Of a stretch of DNA of 64,000 nt, positions 38,612 to 52,445 are shown piece by piece. How positions within the stretch are numbered: position 1 is the stretch's first letter; every line of letters begins with the position of its first letter. A program made the position numbers and the translations under genes. A model generated the notes under the pieces. It was not told where the DNA came from and searched no databases. It was given only the letters and a program-made list of their open reading frames with translations. This stretch comes from Octopus sinensis (lineage: Eukaryota): contig NW_021835480.1 in the NCBI RefSeq assembly GCF_006345805.1, positions 1 through 64,000 on the forward strand. Reading direction: 5' to 3'.

Positions 38612-40470
38612 GCGGTTGATAGCATCCCCCACACATGGATCCTCGAAACACTAGCCATTAACAAAGTAGCACCAACAATTATAAAATTCATAGGGCACTC
38701 TATGAATAAATGGCAAACAGTGCTACAGCTCCAAACAAAAGAGGGACTCATGAAAACCAAAGCCATCCCCATTAGAAGAGGAACATTCCAGGGAGACACG
38801 CTCTCTCCACTCCTTTTCTTCTTGGTACTGTCACCTCTATCTGATATGCTAAATAGAACTGGATGCGGATATAAATGTTACGGCAAAACGATCAGCCACC
38901 TTTTATATATGGATGACCTAAAACTATACGCTGCAAATGACAAACAGCTGGAAACACTATTAAAGACAGTTCATGGATTTACCAAAGAAATAGATATGAA
39001 ATTTGGATTAGAAAAATGCACCAAAGTAACCCTGAAAAGAGGAAAACTAGTTAAGAGTAGCAACATCACACTAGATAACACCAATGAAATAAAAGAATTA
39101 GACCAAAGCCAAACTTACAAATACTTAGGAATCCATGAACTAGATAAGACACAACACACACAAATGAAAGAGAAAATAAAGAAAGAATATTATAGACGAG
39201 TTAGATCAATACTAAAAACAGAGCTCAATGCTAAAAACAAGATAATAGGTATTAACACTTTAGCTGTCCCAGTTATGAGTTACAGCTACTCTATCCTTAA
39301 CTGGGCACTAAATGAACTGACCAAAATAGATAGGAAAACAAGAAAAATAATGACAGGACCTAGGATGCATCACCCAAAATCTGACATAGAAAGACTATAT
39401 ATACAACGTATAGAAGGTGGTAGAGGTCTTATACAGCTGGAAAACTACTATAAAATAACCACCATAGGACTGCAAAAATATCTACTTAAGAAGGAAGGAA
39501 AACTGATACAGATAGCGGCAAAACACGAGCAAAACAAAAAACTGTTCTCAGTATTTAAGGAAGCTGACAAATACAAACAAGAAATCATACCACCTAATAA
39601 ATATGAAGAAGAAGAAGAAGAAGAAGATGAAGAAACAAAAAAGCTATAAAACAAATGAAATCCAAACTAAAAATAGAACAGAAACGAAACATGATAAAAC
39701 GATGGCAAGAAAAGCCTCTTCATGGTAAATACTGGACTAAATTAAACGCAAAAGAAATAGACAAAGAAAAATCCCAGCAATGGTTGAGAAGCTCAGGACT
39801 CAAAGCAGAGACAGAGGGATTTTTAATTGCAGCACAAGACCAAAGCCTCCCCACTAGAAATTACCAAAAACATGTAATGAAAAGAAATATAACAAGTAAC
39901 TGCAGAATATGTGGAGATGGACAAGAAACAATAAATCATATTATCTCTGGCCGCCCAGTCCTGGCTAAGAAGGAATATATTCACAGACATGACAGAGTTG
40001 GAACCTACATACACTGGAAGCTATGCCAACATTATGGAATAACAACAGAAAAAAGATGGTATAGGCACACACCAGAAAAGGTCACAGAAAACGAGAAAGC
40101 AACCATACTCTGGGATATGCCGATACACACAGATAGAGAAATTAAGGCCAACAGACCAGATATAGTTGTCAGCGATCATGAAAAAAAAAATGTTTTCTAA
40201 TTGACGTATCAATGCCGGCAAATGACAACGTGTCTCTAAAAGAAATGGAGAAACTTTCAAAATACAAAGACCTGGAAATAGAGGTAACCAGAATGTGGAA
40301 TCTAAAAACAGAAAAAAATTCCTATCATAGTAGGTGCATTAGGCATGATAAAAGAATATTCAGACAAATACATAACAAAAACACCAGGACTTACAAACAC
40401 ATATAACATACAGAAAATTGCACTACTAGGCACTGCACACATCCTACGCAGAACTCTTTCCATACAATAA
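38609..40470 (+). pseudogene. R4/Dong-clade non-LTR retrotransposon ORF (RT, zinc knuckle, restriction-like endonuclease), 5'-truncated
   Basis: RT motifs DSIPH, QGDTLSP, YMDDLKLY, KFGLEKC and YKYLG; CRICG..ETINHIISG(R) knuckle; RHD; RPDIVV..(LID)..P..KE.EK..KY endonuclease. Three frameshifts fall in A-runs near 39640, 40190 and 40315. Confidence 0.92.
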
Positions 40471-40564
40471 CCATCAGAGCATCACAACAAATCACAGCAC
40501 ATACCCAAGGCACACAGAGCTGCGCTCGGTAGTGAAGTGAAAGCACGCTATAAAAATAAAACTA

Positions 40565-40567
<3 letters not shown>
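38609..40567 (+). mobile_element. R4/Dong-like element with 97-bp 3' UTR, flanked by (AAT)n
   Basis: (AAT)n lies immediately 5' (to 38608) and 3' (40568-40642). Confidence 0.9.
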
Positions 40568-40643
<76 letters not shown>

Positions 40644-42233
40644 GCGACCAGGTATTGACATAGCATGACTCCGCCATCCCCTTTGAAGCTGATACCGCGT
40701 ATTCATGATTTCAATGCCTTGCTCGGGGATGCTGATATATGGTTTTTGTCTCTAGATATGCGTGATTTTACTGCTAAATTTCCTATTGATGCAAACCGTT
40801 GTCGTTCTTCAGTCAAAGGTTAGACTCATGATCTTATATGTGTTAGTAAAAATATCGGAAATTAGCTGTTGCACTAACTGTAGTATTGTCTGCATACTGC
40901 AGTGTCAGTAATGGTCCAGCATAACCGCAATGGAATGACTGAAACAAAATAAAAGTATAAAAGAATATACATCCATATACATACATATATATCATCATCA
41001 TCATCATCCTCATCCTCATCATCATCATCATCATGTATATATATATATACATACACATACATACATACGTACATACATACATACATGCATACATACATAC
41101 ATACATACATACATACATACATACATACATACATACATACATACATACATACATACATACGTACGTACGTACGTACGTAGTCTGTAAATGCGATAATGAG
41201 ACTTTTTAGTAAGAATTTCTATTTATAATTAAACTACTAATCAAATCTGTCTCCTTGAAAATATTTTCTTTGGGAAGTCACACAGCAGTGCTAGAACTCA
41301 GAAACCGGAATCGCCTTAAGCTAGTCGGTTACAGCTATTTTTACGTCTTCCAACATGCCAAAATGAAGTATTTAGAGATGAAATTTCAATCTCGAGAACA
41401 GAAAGAAGTCACCCGGACTCAGTTCAGGTGGAAAAGCATCCCTGTTGGCCCTGCGTACCTCCAAACATTAGAAGACAAGTTTGGATTTCAGGTTCATAAA
41501 TCTCCAATTAAGGGCTCTGTCGGTTGAGCAGGTTCTAAGCTGAGTTTTTCCGGTAGTTAGTGAGATTCTTCTGTACTTGTTGCCATCTGATTTGTCTACC
41601 TTCTTTAAAATGGTAGTAACTGTTATTAATCTAGACACAAGACCTGCAATTTTCGAAGGATCATATAGGTAGTCTATTAAATCAATTGTAGTACCAGACT
41701 GGTACCTTATTATATGAAACCGGAAGAATGAGAGGCAAAATTGCCTTTGGCAAAATTTGAGACTTATTTGTAGAGAGACGGAATATCGATTTTGCCAGGT
41801 GGCTATCCTTGAAGGTGATATTAATAAATGCAATTCTAAAGTAACCCTGATATCTCTTCTCATGCGTGTATGTGTGTATATGTGTGCACACGCATGTTTT
41901 CATGCACATTTGTATGTGTACGCATATGATTTTCTTTGTTCCTTTGTGTATGTTTGTGTACATTTGGATAGAAAAATAGATCGAAAATTTAACATTTGAT
42001 ACATATATGCATTAATTTTCGCTTTGTATACTTTACATTTCTTTATCTACGTTACTTGAGATGTTTTCTATATTTTTTTCATCAATAAATGATAGGGTAA
42101 CAATAAATTGAATTCAATTTAATTAAGTTGAACTGAACTGGTTAAAAATCATTTTCTCTCAGTTTCACTTGGAAATAATATATGTTATAAAAATAATGTC
42201 CATGCTATGTATTAAATAGATAGATAGATAGAT

Positions 42234-42319
<86 letters not shown>

Positions 42320-42373
42320 GGGCTGACAGACAGACAGATACACAGTTAGATAGATGAATCGATAGACAAACAA

Positions 42374-42447
<74 letters not shown>

Positions 42448-42501
42448 GGGCTGACAGACAGACAGATACACAGTTAGATAGATGAATCGATAGACAAACA
42501 A

Positions 42502-42615
<114 letters not shown>

Positions 42616-43257
42616 TACATTAAATTTACTATTCTTACGAAAAAATATCTGCTTCATTTCCGCATGCTTTACAATTATTTTTAAAGCGAGTATCAGATGA
42701 AATACACCTTTTTTTATTGTTGATTTTAACATGGACGTATGTTTTACCTGACATCCAGATTGATAACATCGAATAAGTGACAACGTGTCTGTTGACAGAC
42801 ATGGTCGTCGTGACATTGCATTGGATTCTATATTATATACTCCAAAACTCGAATTTCATAGTATGAATTAATAACATGTAAATTGCATTAATATCATGTA
42901 AATTGATGAATAGTTATTTTTATGGTTGCAGTTGTTGTTGGGGCTAATGTTGTTGTTGTCTTTGCTGTTGTTATTGTTTGTACTTGTTTTTGTTGGGGGG
43001 TTGTTATTTTTTGTGGGTTTTCTGATCATTCTTTTTCCAGCACATTCAGGCTAAAAAAATGTATCGGATGTAACCCCCCGGTTTTTACTCCAGCACAATT
43101 CACCTACGCCGAATTAGCAAACCTGCTTTTTCTCCTAAAACTGCAATATGCGACTTGAAGTAGATTTGATTGTTATTTCTAATGTAAAACAACTAGCATA
43201 AATTATCAAATGCTAGAAGGTATTGTCAGACAAATAGAAGATATTGTCAAACGATTA

Positions 43258-43488
43258 CGAGCGGCGAGCTGGCAGAATCGTTAGCACGCCGGGTGAAATG
43301 CTTATCGGTATTTCGTCTGCCGCTACGTTCTGAGTTCAAATTCCGCCGAGGTCGACTTTGCCTTTCATCCTTTCGGGGTCGATTAAATAAGTACCAGTTA
43401 CGTACTGGGGTCGATATAATCGACTTAATCTGTTTGTCTGTCATTGTTTGTCCTCTCTGTGTTTAGCCCCTTGTGGGTAGTAAAGAAA
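43258..43488 (+). mobile_element. SINE family C monomer
   Basis: Complete head and body with a short GATTACGA duplication on both sides. Confidence 0.85.
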
Positions 43489-44120
43489 GAGATTACGAAG
43501 CGCTTTTGATCAACGAGAAAACATGGTCCAGCAAATAGGAGACAGCGTCAAACAACAGAAGACTTTAGCGAACAGACGTAGGAGTGGATGTGTGGTAAGT
43601 AGGTGCAGGAGTGGCTGTGTGGTAAGTAGCTTGCTCACCAACCACATGGTTCCGGGTTCAGTCCCACTGCGTGGCACTGTGTTCAGAGTGTTCAGAAGCG
43701 ATAAACTGTAAAACAAGCGTTGACTATTTCCGATGTTAGCCTAAAACTTTGCTAATCTATTGAAAAGGAAAATCAAAGTCTTCGTTGACAAAGTAAAAAT
43801 GAAAATATATACACCATTTGAGTGTATGTTGTACATTTGAAAGTATGCTATGCAGTATGGTATGTACGTTGATATATATATATAAATATATATATTCTCT
43901 TATTCTTTTATTTGCTTCAGTCATTTTGAGTGCGGCCATGCTGGAGGACCGCCTATAGTCGAGCAAATCGAACCCAGGACTTACTTTTTGCAAGCCTAGT
44001 ACTTATTCTATCGTTCTCTTTTGCCTAACCTCTAAATTACGGGGATGTAAACACACCAACATCGGTTGCCAAGCGATGATGAGGAGACAAACACAGACAC
44101 ACAAACATATACACACGCAT

Positions 44121-44177
<57 letters not shown>

Positions 44178-44402
44178 ATTGGTTCATACCGAAATTAGAA
44201 GTAAATTTTAAAATACTTTAATCTCGAAACGCGTATATAGTTAATCCTGGTCGTGCATTCATTGTTTTCTCTTTCCCTTCGTAAAAAAATGTATGTTACC
44301 GTTATGGAGATTCTTATAGGAGTAGAATGGAATTTTAACTCCTATTTATAAATTCGGTATGTGGTGAAACAATTAGCTGAACCCTTATTATAATTATGTT
44401 TA

Positions 44403-44581
44403 TAGGCGACGGAGTAGCAGTGTGGTAAGTAGCTTGCTTATCAACCACATGGTTCCGGGTTCAGTCCCACTGCGTGGAAATTTGGGCAAGTGTCTTCTAC
44501 TATAGCCTCGGGCCGACCAAAGCCTTGTGAGTGAATTTGGTAGACGGAAACTGAAAGAAGTCCGTCGTATATATGTATATA

Positions 44582-44631
<50 letters not shown>

Positions 44632-44770
44632 CGTGTGTGTGTGTGTGTGTGTTTGTGTGTCTGTAACTTATCGGTTCGGCTAAAGAATAAGTCCTGGGTC
44701 ATTTTGCTCGACTAAAGGTGGTGCTCCAGCATGACCACAGTCAAATGACTGAAACAAGTAAAAGAGTAAA
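44403..44770 (+). mobile_element. SINE family B copy with internal deletion
   Basis: Head, (TG)n tract and tail. Further B fragments lie at about 43575-43690 (+) and 43900-44120 (-). Confidence 0.8.
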
Positions 44771-44900
44771 ACTATAAAATTTTTGTATAATTTTACCTAT
44801 GAAGGTTATTTTAACGTACCGATCTACTTGGTGAAATTATTAATTAGTCGATGATTGATTAATTAATTTGATTGATAGATTTTACCCTTTTGTTATTAAT

Positions 44901-44957
<57 letters not shown>

Positions 44958-44962
44958 GTATA

Positions 44963-45002
<40 letters not shown>

Positions 45003-45037
45003 GTATATATATATTTATATATATATATATAATATAT

Positions 45038-45081
<44 letters not shown>

Positions 45082-45244
45082 TATATTGAAACAACACCAT
45101 TACAAAGCAATGGTTCTTCTTTAGATTCAAGAACCCTTTAGTGGTTCATTTACTAATTTCGATTAATTTCGATTAACTTATTTCGATTAATGTATATGCA
45201 TACATATAACCGTGAGTGTGTGCATGTATATATATATATATATA

Positions 45245-45644
45245 CTAGCAGTATCGCCCGGCGTTGCTCGGGTTTGTAAGGGAAATAACTATATAAGCAT
45301 TTTTAGAGAGTTATAGCAAAAAAATAGCAAAAAATGCACTAAAAATGGAAAACAAATGATGGTAAATTTTTTTTTTAAATCGTTGACTCATCGTAGACAT
45401 TTTTAGAGAGTTACTTCCCTTATATCATAGCGAATAAAATGCATTAAAATGGGAAAAAAATGATGGTAATTTTTTTTTTTAATCGTAGACTCATCGTAGT
45501 CGCGCGGTAATACCCAGAAGGGCTCGATATGAATCACGACTATAAGATACCCGGTTTTGGTTAAACTGCACCGCAAAATGTGGGAGTAGCTAGGAATCTA
45601 AATCGTAGGAGACAGGCACACAACTTCTCTTTTATATGTAAAGA
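45245..45644 (-). mobile_element. Non-autonomous Helitron-like element, copy 1
   Basis: Minus strand starts A|TC and ends CCCGAGCAACGCCGGG (hairpin), GATACTG, CTAG|T; no TSD. Confidence 0.75.
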
Positions 45645-45659
45645 TATAAATATATATAA

Positions 45660-45858
45660 ATTTAATCCAAACAAGAAAACAAAAAGACAACACCACGAGG
45701 ATGTGGAACAAATAAAGTATTATTGGGCGCTCAGGAAAGAAGGGAAGAGTATGACGTTTCGAGCGGAGCTCTTCGTCGGAAACATAGGAGAAAGAAAGAT
45801 CCCGAGGTGGGAGGACAGAGGGAAAAATATTGCAAGTGGTCTTCACGAGGTCACATAC
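45660..45858 (-). mobile_element. ~200-bp dispersed repeat carrying a hammerhead-like motif, copy A
   Basis: Homologous to 59372-59578 (+); a partial copy lies at about 53945-54015. Confidence 0.7.
45749..45783 (-). ncRNA. Minimal type I hammerhead variant (CCGACGA core)
   Basis: Minus strand GTTT-CCGACGA-A-GAGC(TCC)GCTC-GAAA-CGT-C^ATAC; palindromic ACGT stem III, GUC triplet, stem I with one mismatch. Confidence 0.55.
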
Positions 45859-46306
45859 TGAAAAGATATATATATATATACATATATGTATACATATATT
45901 ATAGATGTGTGTGTCTATATAGGTGTATATATATGTATATATAGATATATAATATATATATATTTTATATTATGCATGTATGCAAGTATGTATGTGTATA
46001 TATGTATGCATGTATTTATATGTGTATGGCGACTCCCTGTGCTTCAAGACACCTAGATCACTACCTGGGAAACTGTTGCGCCTTGGCAATTCCTTTTATC
46101 TAAACATACATCCTGCATGCGTTTCCTACTTCAATTCGCTGATGGTGGCCATGTAGAAAGTAAGATTTGTCTTGCGTTCAGTAACAAACTATGTCTGTGT
46201 GAATCCACAGCGTTAGTTTGGTGCTATATATCTCGACTTTCAAAAGGTGAATGTCAATTTGGCTTCTATGGGATGTGAACCACGAAAGCGGAACAAATAC
46301 CTCAAG

Positions 46307-46307
46307 T

Positions 46308-46375
<68 letters not shown>

Positions 46376-46376
46376 G

Positions 46377-46425
<49 letters not shown>

Positions 46426-46451
46426 GGATAGATAGATAGATAGGGAGGGAG

Positions 46452-46540
<89 letters not shown>

Positions 46541-46657
46541 TGTTTCTTTATTAGCCACACAGGGCTGCACACAGACAGAACAAATTACAAGGTAGAGCTT
46601 TCCTTTTGAGGGTAAAAAAAAAGGGGGTTGGTTTTCGATCAAAAGGGATCGTAAAAG

Positions 46658-46720
<63 letters not shown>

Positions 46721-46730
46721 GGATGGATAG
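46307..46730. repeat. (GATA)n tetranucleotide field
   Basis: Seen directly. Other GATA arrays lie at 1830-1880, 13686-13732, 28933-29041 and 42218-42615. Confidence 0.95.
46541..46657 (-). mobile_element. Short 3' end of the same Tx1-like LINE, embedded in (GATA)n
   Basis: Same 3' junction as the 28347 copy (GATA|TGTTTCTTTATTAGCCACACAGGGCTG); long GATA arrays on both sides. Confidence 0.75.
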
Positions 46731-46867
46731 ACGGACGGATAAACAAAAAGACAGACAGAGAGATAGATAGGGAGTGGGAGAGAAAGAGAAACATGGGGCG
46801 GCGAGAGAGTGATGGACAGACAGGCAAACAGATAGATATGTAGACAGATAGATAGGTAGATAGATAT

Positions 46868-46907
<40 letters not shown>

Positions 46908-47269
46908 AGACAGACAGAGACAGAGAGGCAGAGAGACGGAGAAAGAGATACATACATACATGCATACATACATACATACATTACAACATACATACATACA
47001 TACATACATACATACATACAAGCACATCTAGAGAGAGAGGAGAGAGAGAGAGAGAGAGGGAGAGAAAGACTGAGTGAGAGAAATGATGATGGAGAAATGA
47101 AGAGACGGATGGATGAACGGATTCGTGGATGGCTCCAAAGGGTGAGGGAAACATGAAAAAAGAAGAACAAAAAAATTTTCAAACTGGAAAATGTATAAAT
47201 GTTATCATGGAAGCACACTGATCAGCATTCATTGTATGGTACAAGAGGAGTGGCAGCTGCTTTTGGTAG

Positions 47270-47895
47270 TGGTAGTGGTAGTGGTGGAGAAGGAGGCGGC
47301 GGTGGCGGTGGCGGCGTCGGAGGCGGCGGAGGCGGCGGGGACCCGGGCGGGAGGCAGGCGGCGGCGGAGGCGGAGGAGGATGGCAGTGGCGGCGGAGGCG
47401 GCGGAGAGGCGGCGGGAGGCGGCGGAGGCGGCGGAGGCGGCAGTGGCGGCGGAGGCGGCAGTGGCGGCGGAGGCGGCAGTGGCGGCGGAGGCGGCGGCAG
47501 TGGCGGCGGAGGCGGCAGTGGCGGCGGAGGCGGCAGTGGCGGCGGAGGCGGCAGTGGCGTTGGTGGTGGTGGTGGTGCTGCTGCAGCCGGTGTTGTATAT
47601 GCTGCTCTTGTATTGTTGCTGCTAATATTACTGTTGCCGCAGCTTAAAGATGATGATCATAATAATGATAGTGGTGGTATCGGTGGTGGTGGTGGTGGTG
47701 GTGGTGGTGGTGGTGGTGGTGGTGGGTGGTGGGTGGTGGTCGGTGGTGGTGGTGGGGTGGTGGGGTGGTGGTGGTGGTGGTGGTGTGGTGTGTTTGTGTT
47801 GGTGGTGGTGGTGGTGGTGGTGTAGTGGTGGTGGTAGTGGTGGTGGTGGTGGTGGTGGTGGTGGTGGTGGTGGTGGTATCGGTGGTGGTGGTGGT
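47270..47895. repeat. GC-rich (GGC)n/(GGT)n trinucleotide block with an 18-bp higher-order unit
   Basis: GGCGGCAGTGGCGGCGGA repeats at about 47440-47560, grading into (GGT)n. Confidence 0.85.
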
Positions 47896-48254
47896 TTTCG
47901 GTGTGATGGTCTTGTCGGCGGTAATGATATACCTGTGGTACGTTTGTGATTTCTTTAAAACATTCCTTACTCGTGTGTGTGTATGTGTGTGTGTGTATTA
48001 AGTGTGTGCATATACATCTTTTTTAAATATGCGCACGCATATATTTGCACACGCATTTGTTGAGTACGTGTGTGTGCATACGTGTTCATTTGTTGTAATA
48101 CTACACACAAAAACACATTATATATAATATATATATATATACACACACACACAAAAACATACATGCATACACACATACATACATACATATAGAGGGGAGC
48201 TATGAGTGAGCTATATATCTATATACATTTATATATCCTTTTGTGCATATATAA

Positions 48255-48297
<43 letters not shown>

Positions 48298-48325
48298 TGC
48301 ATACACATAAACATCCACACAAACG

Positions 48326-48402
<77 letters not shown>

Positions 48403-48509
48403 CATACATACATACATACATACATACATACTACATACATATAGAGAAGAGCTATGAGTGATATATATATACATTTATATATATTTATGTGCATATATAT
48501 ATAAGTGTG

Positions 48510-48572
<63 letters not shown>

Positions 48573-48592
48573 GTGCATACATACATATATAT

Positions 48593-48675
<83 letters not shown>

Positions 48676-48777
48676 CATACATACATATATATAATATACA
48701 TACATATATACATATATATATACATACATATATGTATATATATATACATACATACATACAGATATACATATATATAT

Positions 48778-48825
<48 letters not shown>

Positions 48826-49519
48826 ATCTATATATAATATATATATACATATATATTATATGTATATGTATGTATATATATATATATATATCCATTGAAT
48901 CATTCTGATCAGCTTCGATTCTTTTGATACATGAATAATTGCTGCTTATGTGTATTCTTACGTAAAGGCATTGGCTTCTTGCTTGGAACGTCATTTGGCA
49001 TCTTGTCAAAAGCGGAGGTAAAGAAAGAAGCGAGATTATACCATGATTGGTGGAGGGAAACGTAAGAGTTACCTTGACTGGCCTGTGAGATTCTGTGAGA
49101 TAGAAGGATAGACATACAAATAAAGAAAGAGTGTGTGAGCGTGTATACTGAGGAGGAGGAGAGGAGACCGAACCGAAAGAGAGAGAGGGAGAGAAAAACA
49201 ACAATAACGAAAGAAACTAATTGCTAACCATCCTTGTCAAACATCTGCATTTGCTTTTTATGGTTGTCTTTGCTGTTGCTGTTGTTGCTGTTGTTGTTGT
49301 TGTTGTTGTGGTTGTGCTTGTTATTGTAATTTTTTTTTTTTTTTTTTTTTTTTGCATTGAATGCAACGCCGGTTTTCGACGCAGACAAGCATAACAGCAA
49401 TATTTGAACCGGCATTGACAACTGAGAAAAAGGGGATATTTTTTGTTTACTTCGTATTATTTCACATTATATATATATATATTTCTTTATGGTTTTTGTA
49501 TATATACATATACACATGT

Positions 49520-49551
<32 letters not shown>

Positions 49552-49587
49552 TTGTGTGTGTGAGTGAGTGTGTGCGTATGTGTGTGA

Positions 49588-49643
<56 letters not shown>

Positions 49644-49729
49644 TTTCTTACAGCATCAAATGTAATTCCTCAGGACTTACTCTCCCCAAGCTGAATATGG
49701 AATTCAGAAATTGTATGTTGTTGTTGTTG

Positions 49730-49776
<47 letters not shown>

Positions 49777-50124
49777 GTGGTGGTGGAGGTGATGATGATG
49801 ATGGTGATGATGATGATGATGATGATGATGACGACGACGACGACGATGACGATGATAGTTTCGAGGAGGAAAACAATCCGTTGTTCTCGTTCTTGGAGTG
49901 GTTAGTTGTTGTTGTTGCTGCTATTGCTGCAGCTCTTGTTCTTCTTCACAGGTCGGAGTGACTGACGTCAAGTAGACCTATGATTGATCAAATGCAATCC
50001 AGCCATGACTGTGTATCTTATTTTTTTTTAGGCATAATATATCAAAGACTACATTCATCAATGAGTTCCTTCATTTTATTAAGACGACTAGGGAAGTTCA
50101 TGAAGGTAATTGGCTGCTATTTCT

Positions 50125-50536
50125 TATTTCTTTATTGCCCACAAGGAGCTAAACATACAGGGAACAAACAAGGATCGACAAAGGGATTAAGTCGATTACA
50201 GTGACCCCAGTGCGTAACTGGTACTTAATATATCGACCCCGAAAGGATGAAAAGCAAAGTCGAACTCGGCGGAATTTGAAATCAGAACGTAACGGCAGAC
50301 GAAAGACCTATTTCTATTCTACCCACAAGGGGCTAAACACAGAGAGGACAAACAAGGACAGACAAACGGATTAAGTCGATTATATCGACCCCAGTGCGTA
50401 AATGGTACTTATTTAATCGACCCCGAGAGGATGAAAGGAAAGTCGACCTCGGCGGAATTTGAACTCAGAACGTCACGGCACACGAAATAAGGCTACGCAT
50501 TTCGCCCGGCGTGCTAACGTTTCTGCCAGCTCGCCT
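50125..50536 (-). mobile_element. SINE family C dimer inserted into an older repeat
   Basis: 38-bp flanking duplication at 50087-50124 and 50537-50574 (2 mismatches). Confidence 0.85.
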
Positions 50537-51142
50537 ACTAGGTAAGTTCATGAAGGGAATTGGCTGCTATTTCTAAGAAGCCGAACATCCACTTAGAGGC
50601 CTCTTTGTTGTTTTTGAATGTGTAGTTAAAAAGCTTACATTGTTTCTATAGTGTTGGTATCAACGGTAGAAATGGTGGTACAATGAGGTAACATTGAGGT
50701 AACAATTGTCATTTGATCAGAAAAGTATCGATGTTGTTTTTGTTGTTGCTTATGGTGATGCGAAACCGAAAGTCAGTTCTAAAATAAATTATATTAAATT
50801 AATATAAAGGTCATCATAAGGCGGCGAGCTGGGAGCATTGATAACTTTTCGCCCGTCTTTACATTATGAGTTCAAATTCCACCAAGGTCCGCATTGCCTT
50901 TCATCATTTCGGAGTTCGATAAAATAAGTACAAGTTGAGCACTAAGGTCGATGAAATCGACTTAAACCCCTCCATCGAAATTGCTGGACAGGTGTCAAGA
51001 TTTGAAGCCAATATAATAGTCATCTTCTGCAATAATTAAGTCAGAGTAAACAATGGAATTATTGATGACCCAACGAGAGGAGCCCTTATGTCAGGGGTCG
51101 AGGAACATTTTTAACCAATTGCTCCAATTACGTGGAGGCACA

Positions 51143-51425
51143 TGGCCTAGTGTTTAGACATTGATCGAGAGATCGCGGGTTCGAATCTCAGACTGGGCGA
51201 TGTGTGTGTTTATGAGCGAAACACCTAACCTCCATGCGGCTACGGCAAAAGGTAATGGCGAACTTCTGCTGACTCTTTCGCTACAACATTCTCTCATTCT
51301 TTCCTCCTGCATTTTCCAGCTCACCTACGACGGACCGGCATCCCGTCCAGGTGGGGAACCTACACGCCAAGGAAACCGGGAAACCGGTTTTTATGAGCCA
51401 AGCGTGCCTCGAGAAGGAATAAAGA
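51143..51425 (+). mobile_element. SINE family A copy
   Basis: tRNA-like head; tail homologous to the 27590 copy. Confidence 0.75.
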
Positions 51426-51639
51426 AGATATTCATTTACGCCGATATCACCCCACTTAGTTTGAAAGAAAGAAAATCATAGATTCTTTGAATTAAAATGG
51501 TTTGTTGAATCTATTTATATGAATCTACTCATCTATTATACATCCATTACATTTGGCAGATGAAGTGTTACCGGAAGAAAAAATTTCTGTCATAACAAGG
51601 AACACGTTTATTTTTGTTATGTAATTTTACTTATGCCTG

Positions 51640-51990
51640 TGGAGGCGCAATGGCCCAGTGGTTAGGGCAGCGGACTCGCGGTCATAGGATCGCGGTTTCG
51701 ATTCCCAGACCGGGCGTTGTGAGTGTTTATTGAGCGAAAACACGTAAAGCTCCACGAAGCTCCGGCAGGGGATGGTGGTGATCCCTGCTGTACTCTTTAT
51801 CCACAACTTTCTCTCACTCTCACTTCCTGTTTCTGTATTTCAAAGGGCCGGCCTTGTCACTCTCTGTGTCACGCTGAATATCCCCGAGAACTACGGTAAG
51901 GGTACACGTGTCTCTGGAGTGCTCAGCCACTTACACGTTAAATTCACGAGCAGGAACCCTCGTCGTCGTAACCGACGGAGTGCTTCCATT
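51640..51990 (+). mobile_element. SINE family A copy with a different 3' module
   Basis: GGAGGCGCAATGGCCCAGTGGTTAGGGCAGCGGACTCGCGG head; the 3' module is shared with 2720-2845. Confidence 0.8.
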
Positions 51991-52445
51991 ACTTATGCCT
52001 AATAAGTCCTCATTACCGCCAAGAATTTCATTTTTACTCCACGCTGGGTAATTTACACCGGTTCGCCCACCCCTGCCTTGTGTGATCACACGATTTCCCA
52101 AAACAAGCAACGAAATTTTTCTCGGACCACATCTTACCTTCTTAAGAAAATGAAGGACATATTAGAAAAAAAAAAACTAATGTTTAAAAAGTAAAAGACG
52201 ATAAGGTCACTGTTATAATCCATGGCCATAGATCTACCCGATCAGGAATGATTGCTGCTAAACAAGACCAATAACTAGCACCAAATCGGAATTAAGGCAC
52301 AACTTTTATATGGTAATTCAATGCGCTAGATCACTAGTTCTCAACCATATTTTTACCTATAGACACCTTCCACTCCTATTTTACTCAAGTGGATCCGCAT
52401 AGCCATCCAATGTTTAAAAGATCCTATCATATTTTTATGATTAAA

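Noticed and set aside
41400-41650. Minus-strand RT-like (KKVDKSDGNKYRRISL) and mariner-like (PELSPGDFFLFSRLK) snippets
   Set aside because: Very short decayed fragments of two unrelated elements, not a chimeric gene.
47199-47825. 208-aa Gly-rich ORF with GGGGGS repeats
   Set aside because: It lies within a (GGC)n/(GGT)n microsatellite that is open in several frames, has no non-repetitive domain, and shows no convincing splice context.
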